This document shows, piece by piece, positions 59,057 to 64,000 of a stretch of DNA of 64,000 bases. The notes under the pieces are model-generated. The model was not told the origin of the DNA. It saw only the letters and a list, made by a program, of their open reading frames with translations, and ran no database searches. The stretch spans positions 79,759 to 143,758 of the forward strand of contig JAYNIM010000002.1 in the NCBI GenBank assembly GCA_038109055.1, given 5' to 3'. The translations under genes and the position numbers were made by a program. This DNA is from a bacterium (lineage in GTDB: Bacteria; Margulisbacteria; Marinamargulisbacteria; GCA-2716485; JAYNIM01). Position 1 is the stretch's first letter; every line of letters begins with the position of its first letter.

Positions 59057-60460
59057 ATGTATTCAGAAAGTAAAATATCAGAATCAAGAAACAATCGTAA
59101 ACATCCCCCAGTTTTAAAATGGGTAAATCATGCTTCTTATATTATAAGTTGCAGATCCATTCACCTTATGACAGATCCATGGTTATTTGGTTCGGCATTT
59201 GATAACGGATGGGATTTATTGAGTAAATCAGAGTTTGATATCAAAGACTTTAACTCAATTACACATATTTGGTTCTCACATGAACACCCTGATCATTTTG
59301 CACCTCAAGTATTAGTTAAAATTCCAGAAGAAGTTAGAAGGAAAATAACCGTTTTATTCCAAGTCACCAAAGATAAGCGTGTTTATAAGTTTTTAAAAAA
59401 ACTAAACTTTAATATTGTTGAATTAGACAACAGAAAGTCATACAAATTAGATGAAGGAAATGTTGTTACCTGTGGCAAAATGAGAGGAATTGATTCCTGG
59501 CTGCTTCAAGAAATCAACGGCAAGAAAATCTTAAATATTAATGATTGTGTAATTGATACTACTGAAAAGGCAAAATCAATACTAAACACTACAGGTGAGA
59601 TTGATATTCTTCTCACCCAGTTTTCATACGCAAACTGGGTAGGTAATCCAGAAGATAAAAGTCTTCGAGAAATAGAGGCAAAGAAAAAGTTAGAGTGCAT
59701 TCGTATGCAATGTGAGATTTTTAAACCCAAGAAAGTTATTCCATTTGCAAGCTTTGTTTATTTTTCTCATAAGGAAAATAATTATCATAATGATCTAATA
59801 AACAAGATAAGCACTGTTGAAGACTACCTGAAAAGGAATTGTAAACCAGTTCCCATTATCTTGTATCCTGGGGATACTTGGGATTTACAATCCAAAATTA
59901 TTAATGATCAAGCATTAATGCGTTATGAAAAAGATTATGATTTAACAAATGCTCAATTTCATCAATCTGATCCATCCATAGAAATATCAAGTTTGATTTC
60001 GATGAGCAAAAAATATATAGAAAATATAAAGAAAAAGAATAATGGACTATTTTTATTAATGCTATTACCAAAAAAATATGGGATGAAAGAATTGAGTATA
60101 TATATTTGTGATATTGATAAATATTGTATTTTTACTCTCAAAAATGGCTTAAAAATAGTTGATAAATTAGAGTGTAGTGATATTACAATATGGAGTAGTA
60201 GTTTAGCCTATATATTTAAACATGAATGGGGTATTGGCTCTGTTTTAGTTAATGGAAGGTTTAGAGCAAGTAAATTTGGTCGACTAGCTTTTGATAGAAT
60301 GTTCATGGCAAGTATATTTAATAGCACAGATATTTATATTACATTTGGGTTTTTAATCAATAGGTTTTTAATAAAACTATTCAGAGTCAAAGATTTAACA
60401 ACTGAAGAAGAAGTTAGTTATCATAAGGCTTGGAAGAGACTGATAAAAAAAAGCGTTTGA
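59057..60460 (+). CDS. Metallo-beta-lactamase fold protein, CMAH/UlaG-like
   Basis: WVNHAS, TDPWLFGSAFDNGWDLL, SHEHPDH, NINDC, IPFAS. Confidence 0.85.
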   Translation: MYSESKISESRNNRKHPPVLKWVNHASYIISCRSIHLMTDPWLFGSAFDNGWDLLSKSEFDIKDFNSITHIWFSHEHPDHFAPQVLVKIPEEVRRKITVLFQVTKDKRVYKFLKKLNFNIVELDNRKSYKLDEGNVVTCGKMRGIDSWLLQEINGKKILNINDCVIDTTEKAKSILNTTGEIDILLTQFSYANWVGNPEDKSLREIEAKKKLECIRMQCEIFKPKKVIPFASFVYFSHKENNYHNDLINKISTVEDYLKRNCKPVPIILYPGDTWDLQSKIINDQALMRYEKDYDLTNAQFHQSDPSIEISSLISMSKKYIENIKKKNNGLFLLMLLPKKYGMKELSIYICDIDKYCIFTLKNGLKIVDKLECSDITIWSSSLAYIFKHEWGIGSVLVNGRFRASKFGRLAFDRMFMASIFNSTDIYITFGFLINRFLIKLFRVKDLTTEEEVSYHKAWKRLIKKSV

Positions 60461-60576
60461 TTGTTAAGTGCTTATGTTACAAGTATTTTTAAAATCAATG
60501 AACTGATTTGAGTTATGCATAAAATAGGTTCAAACATCGTCCGCCCAACTCCACCAATAACAATTCGAGCCTACTA

Positions 60577-62091
60577 TTAAAAACTTTTCACAGTAAACGA
60601 TATATTGCGTCGTATATCATCCCAAATAATCCCAAGCTTCACACAATGAAAAACCCGCAAAACAGCTATTTCCAAACGACGAAGCGTCTCCGACTCAAGC
60701 TGATAATCCACATCAAAGGAAACAATATAACGCTTAAGAACTGTCTCCAAACTCATCCCTGCTTCATGTTCAGTAACCGCATAAACATCCTCAAATTGAA
60801 AAGCACTTTGCCCCCGATTCAACAACATATAAGAAAAACGAAAAACTGGAGACATAACAAAAGAATCCAATTTAATACTCACACCCCCTCTAACACGTTC
60901 CCAAGGGGCTTTATCTGAATAATGGTAATAATCATGTTTTAAAAAAGGCGTATAAAAAACACCCCCACGCTGAAATTTTCGTGAAACATAATGCCGTAAA
61001 CGAAAAGTATCTAAAGAAAGATCCCCCTCTTCTCTACTCTCCAAAATTGATCCATAAGAAACGATACTTTCAAGCGAAATCTGTGAATAAAGAAAATGTT
61101 TAAATTGATTTTTCACCTTAAAAAAAGGCTGATAACTTACCCATGAATCATGTAGTAAGATCCGTTCCTTATACATACTACTCAAGGTTTGAGTCGACAC
61201 CGCTACACCTTGCAAGGTTAACGAAAGAACATGTAAGGGATTTAACACACGTAAAGGCTTCAAATTATAGACATGCTCAATACCATACCCACTGCGATGT
61301 TTGTGATAAAACTGCGAAACAAGGTTAAAAGATTGACGCTGAGATAACACAACACGATGATCAAAACCAAACAAAAATCCAAGTCGATTGGTATACCCCA
61401 ACGACATAAAACCCGAATTTTGCTTATTCAAAAAATAAGGAACTTCTTGTCTAACATATCCCCCCTCTTGAACCGAACGTCCAACAACTGGAAATAAAGA
61501 CCGATGTCCCAAACTTTGAGTTAGCGCACTAAAAAAAACAGGAAATGGCAAAGGAAAAGGAAGAAAAGAAAAATGAACACTATTACCCAAAGCAACCCCA
61601 ATATTAAAACGAGGGTAAATATAAATTCGCTTAGACGATACCCAATAATGCTCATATCGAGAACATGAGCTAAAACGACCATCAAACATTGTTAAACTTT
61701 TTGAATCAACAAACACTTTTTTGCCCAACAAATGTAAGCGATCAGAACGAACGACCAAGGCATCTCCCCTCGCTTCATTACGAAAAGCATTATAAGAAAA
61801 ACGTTTAAAATAAAGAGACACATTTTTGGTGGTATAAGACAGATATTCTAAAAAATCGACTTGCCGTGCCTTTAGATCACATGAAATAGCCTCCGAAGAA
61901 ACATCAAAGGGTACCCCGTTAGACTCAAAAGAAAGTAATGCCTTATCCCTAATATGCACAACCCCCATCTGCGAATCAATACTAATATAATTAGACGAAA
62001 CGCTAAACTGCCAAATATCCTCAGCAAAAAGCTGAAAACCAGAAAAAAAGAAAACTAGAAAAAAGAAACAATTACGGAACAGGCTGAGCAT
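60577..62091 (-). CDS. LptD-like outer-membrane protein (divergent)
   Basis: Signal peptide, FSSCSRYEHYWVSSKRIYIYP, beta-strand-rich, terminal Phe. Confidence 0.6.
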   Translation of the reverse strand: MLSLFRNCFFFLVFFFSGFQLFAEDIWQFSVSSNYISIDSQMGVVHIRDKALLSFESNGVPFDVSSEAISCDLKARQVDFLEYLSYTTKNVSLYFKRFSYNAFRNEARGDALVVRSDRLHLLGKKVFVDSKSLTMFDGRFSSCSRYEHYWVSSKRIYIYPRFNIGVALGNSVHFSFLPFPLPFPVFFSALTQSLGHRSLFPVVGRSVQEGGYVRQEVPYFLNKQNSGFMSLGYTNRLGFLFGFDHRVVLSQRQSFNLVSQFYHKHRSGYGIEHVYNLKPLRVLNPLHVLSLTLQGVAVSTQTLSSMYKERILLHDSWVSYQPFFKVKNQFKHFLYSQISLESIVSYGSILESREEGDLSLDTFRLRHYVSRKFQRGGVFYTPFLKHDYYHYSDKAPWERVRGGVSIKLDSFVMSPVFRFSYMLLNRGQSAFQFEDVYAVTEHEAGMSLETVLKRYIVSFDVDYQLESETLRRLEIAVLRVFHCVKLGIIWDDIRRNISFTVKSF

Positions 62092-63415
62092 GCGGCGCTA
62101 ACTGTTCAAAACGTGATGTGTCTTTTTTAAAAAACAAGCCTACCTTACCCACAGGCCCATTTCGTTGCTTTGCAATAATCAATTGTACATTCGATTGCCC
62201 TGGCGTTAACTGCATTTCTTGTGGCGTTTCTTCACGATGGATAAAGGCCACCAAATCTGCTGTTTGCTCAATTTCACCCGATTCCCTCAAATCACTTAAC
62301 AAAGGAAATTTATCTGGCCGTTTCTCAACATCACGACTCAACTGTGACAGTGCAATCACAGGCACTTGAGATTCTTTAGCAAAAGCCTTCACTTCACGAA
62401 CAATGTCTGAAACCTCCTGATAACGACTTTCAACCCGCTTTTTCGAAGATCTCATCAATTGTAAATAATCAATTAAGACAAGCTTAATATCCGTCTCTTG
62501 CTGTAAGCGACGAAACTTGGCCTTCATTTCCAATGGCGATATACCTGGCTTATCATCAATATAAATTGGGGCATCTGCCAAGGTACCCATGGCAATCACT
62601 AAATTTTTATACTCATGTTCCTTTAATTCAGCCGTACGTAACCTCGCAGAATCTAAACGTGACTCAGAACAAAGCATACGCAACGCTAACTGCTCCTTGG
62701 GCATTTCCAAACTAAAAATAGCCACAGGCATCTTATGCTGAATCGCGGCATATCGAGCAAAATGCAATGCTAAACTTGTTTTTCCCATCGATGGTCGCGC
62801 AGCTAAAATAATTAAATCTCCCTTATTAAATCCCGAGGTCATTTTATCAAAATCCGAAAACCCTGTCGGAACCCCCAACATACCATCTTCCAAATCATAG
62901 GTACTTTGAATATCTTCAAAGACCGTATTTAAAACAGATTTAATAGGCACAAAATCATCTTGAACCATCTCCCTAGACATATCCGTAACAACCTGTTGGG
63001 CACGATCTAAAACTTCTGTACTCTCCGCCATCTCATCAAACGCCATCCCCACGATCGTAGATCCCAAGGTAATAAGTTCACGTAAAAGATAGCGTTGAAA
63101 AACAATATCTGAATATTTTTCAGCATGCGCCGCAGTCGGAACAGCATCCGCCAATTCAACCAAGTAAGAACGCCCCCCTACTTCATCTAACTTTTGTCGT
63201 TTTTTAAGTTCGTCAGCAACGGTCACCAAATCAATAGGATCATTATGTTTAAATAAATGCAACATCACCTCAAAAATAACGGCATGATTGGCATGATAAA
63301 AGAAGGCTGGTTTTACTTTAGCCGACAACAAGGCAAAGCTATCTTTAGAAAGAAAAAACGAGCCCAACAAACTTTGTTCAGAATCTGTCGAATGTGGAGG
63401 AATACGTTCTGCCAT
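62072..63415 (-). CDS. dnaB: Replicative DNA helicase DnaB
   Basis: AARPSMGKT, IDYLQL, LSQLSR, DLRESGEIEQTAD; no intein. Confidence 0.98.
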   Translation of the reverse strand: MAERIPPHSTDSEQSLLGSFFLSKDSFALLSAKVKPAFFYHANHAVIFEVMLHLFKHNDPIDLVTVADELKKRQKLDEVGGRSYLVELADAVPTAAHAEKYSDIVFQRYLLRELITLGSTIVGMAFDEMAESTEVLDRAQQVVTDMSREMVQDDFVPIKSVLNTVFEDIQSTYDLEDGMLGVPTGFSDFDKMTSGFNKGDLIILAARPSMGKTSLALHFARYAAIQHKMPVAIFSLEMPKEQLALRMLCSESRLDSARLRTAELKEHEYKNLVIAMGTLADAPIYIDDKPGISPLEMKAKFRRLQQETDIKLVLIDYLQLMRSSKKRVESRYQEVSDIVREVKAFAKESQVPVIALSQLSRDVEKRPDKFPLLSDLRESGEIEQTADLVAFIHREETPQEMQLTPGQSNVQLIIAKQRNGPVGKVGLFFKKDTSRFEQLAPHAQPVP

Positions 63416-63498
63416 AATGAATAAATATCATAACAAAGTTAAGCTCGATAAAAAAGAAAAAATTATCAAATAATAAATACCCTGATACAATCCTACAG

Positions 63499-64000
63499 AT
63501 GAACATCGCATACGTAGGCTGTAGCTTTCAGCATTTTGCAGTGAAAGATCTAGAAAAACTCTATATATCTAAGCAAGATACCTCCCATTTTTATCACCAC
63601 ATCAAACAAACAACAAGCATCAAAAGCATCTGTCTACTGATGACCTGTAATCGTGTTGAATTTTATTTTGAATCAGATCATTTAACTCACGCCAAAAAAG
63701 AGTTATTAACACTTATTTCAACATTTAAAAACATCCCAGAAAAAACAATCAACGATATGATCACATACAAAGAAAAATACACCGCTCTTGAACATCTATT
63801 CAAGGTTAGCTGTGGCATTAAATCTATGGTCTTTGGCGAAAACGAAATTTTAAGCCAGGTCAAAAGCGCCTACGAACTATACAGGGCACAAAACCAAAAT
63901 ACTGCTCTTTTAAACAAAGTCTTTCAAAGTGCCATTGCCACTGGTAAACGTACCCGTACAGAGACTCAAATCAGCCAAGGGTCCTACTCCATAAGCTCCA
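63499..64000 (+). CDS. hemA: Glutamyl-tRNA reductase, N-terminal part (runs off window edge)
   Basis: LMTCNRVEFY, HLFKVSCGIKSMVFGENEILSQVKSAY; absent from the ORF track because there is no stop in the window. Confidence 0.93.
   Translation, partial: MNIAYVGCSFQHFAVKDLEKLYISKQDTSHFYHHIKQTTSIKSICLLMTCNRVEFYFESDHLTHAKKELLTLISTFKNIPEKTINDMITYKEKYTALEHLFKVSCGIKSMVFGENEILSQVKSAYELYRAQNQNTALLNKVFQSAIATGKRTRTETQISQGSYSISS

Larger units (their letters stand above)
57422..60556. mobile_element. Decayed genomic island inserted at the tmRNA 3' end
   Basis: Recombinase remnant, pseudogenes, loss of host strand skew, CTCCACCA repeated at 60549-60556. Confidence 0.75.

Noticed and set aside
110..62715. 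Numerous short antisense or overlapping ORFs in the track (e.g. 6820-7287, 11334-11831, 46394-46939)
   Set aside because: Shadow frames of well-supported genes with no motifs of their own.
1..64000. CRISPR array, rRNA, IS elements, inteins in RecA/DnaB
   Set aside because: None seen; all repeats are short and intragenic, and RecA and DnaB have normal lengths.

Overview
AT-rich chromosomal segment of a diderm bacterium with Terrabacteria-like gene order (hrcA-grpE-dnaK-dnaJ; cinA-recA-rny; tig-clpP-clpX) plus Lpt genes. A Margulisbacteria-like lineage is my guess only. Most of the window is housekeeping: chaperones, metK, membrane PPase, a glycogen cluster with a synthase-phosphorylase fusion, XerC, tRNA-Gly, SOD/peroxiredoxin, leuCD, tmRNA, dnaB and hemA. 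The standout is a ~15 kb locus (34.9-49.7 kb). It places a divergent chaperone-usher pilus cluster directly upstream of a stripped-down flagellar motor. That motor has a MotA/MotB stator, a FliF lacking the RBM1/RBM2 export-gate-housing domains, a FliG with an intact torque helix but no EHPQ motif, and a FliM reduced to its middle domain. Two beta-barrel+TPR proteins follow. No export, rod, hook, flagellin or chemotaxis genes occur in the window, so this is a candidate flagellum-independent rotary envelope machine. Other observations: an Inc-like disordered membrane protein with an 81-aa duplication, a decayed tmRNA-integrated island keeping one intact CMAH-like MBL gene, many apparently leaderless promoters, strong strand-specific composition, and a premature stop in metK that may be a sequencing error. 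All family assignments come from motif recognition by eye; no searches were run.
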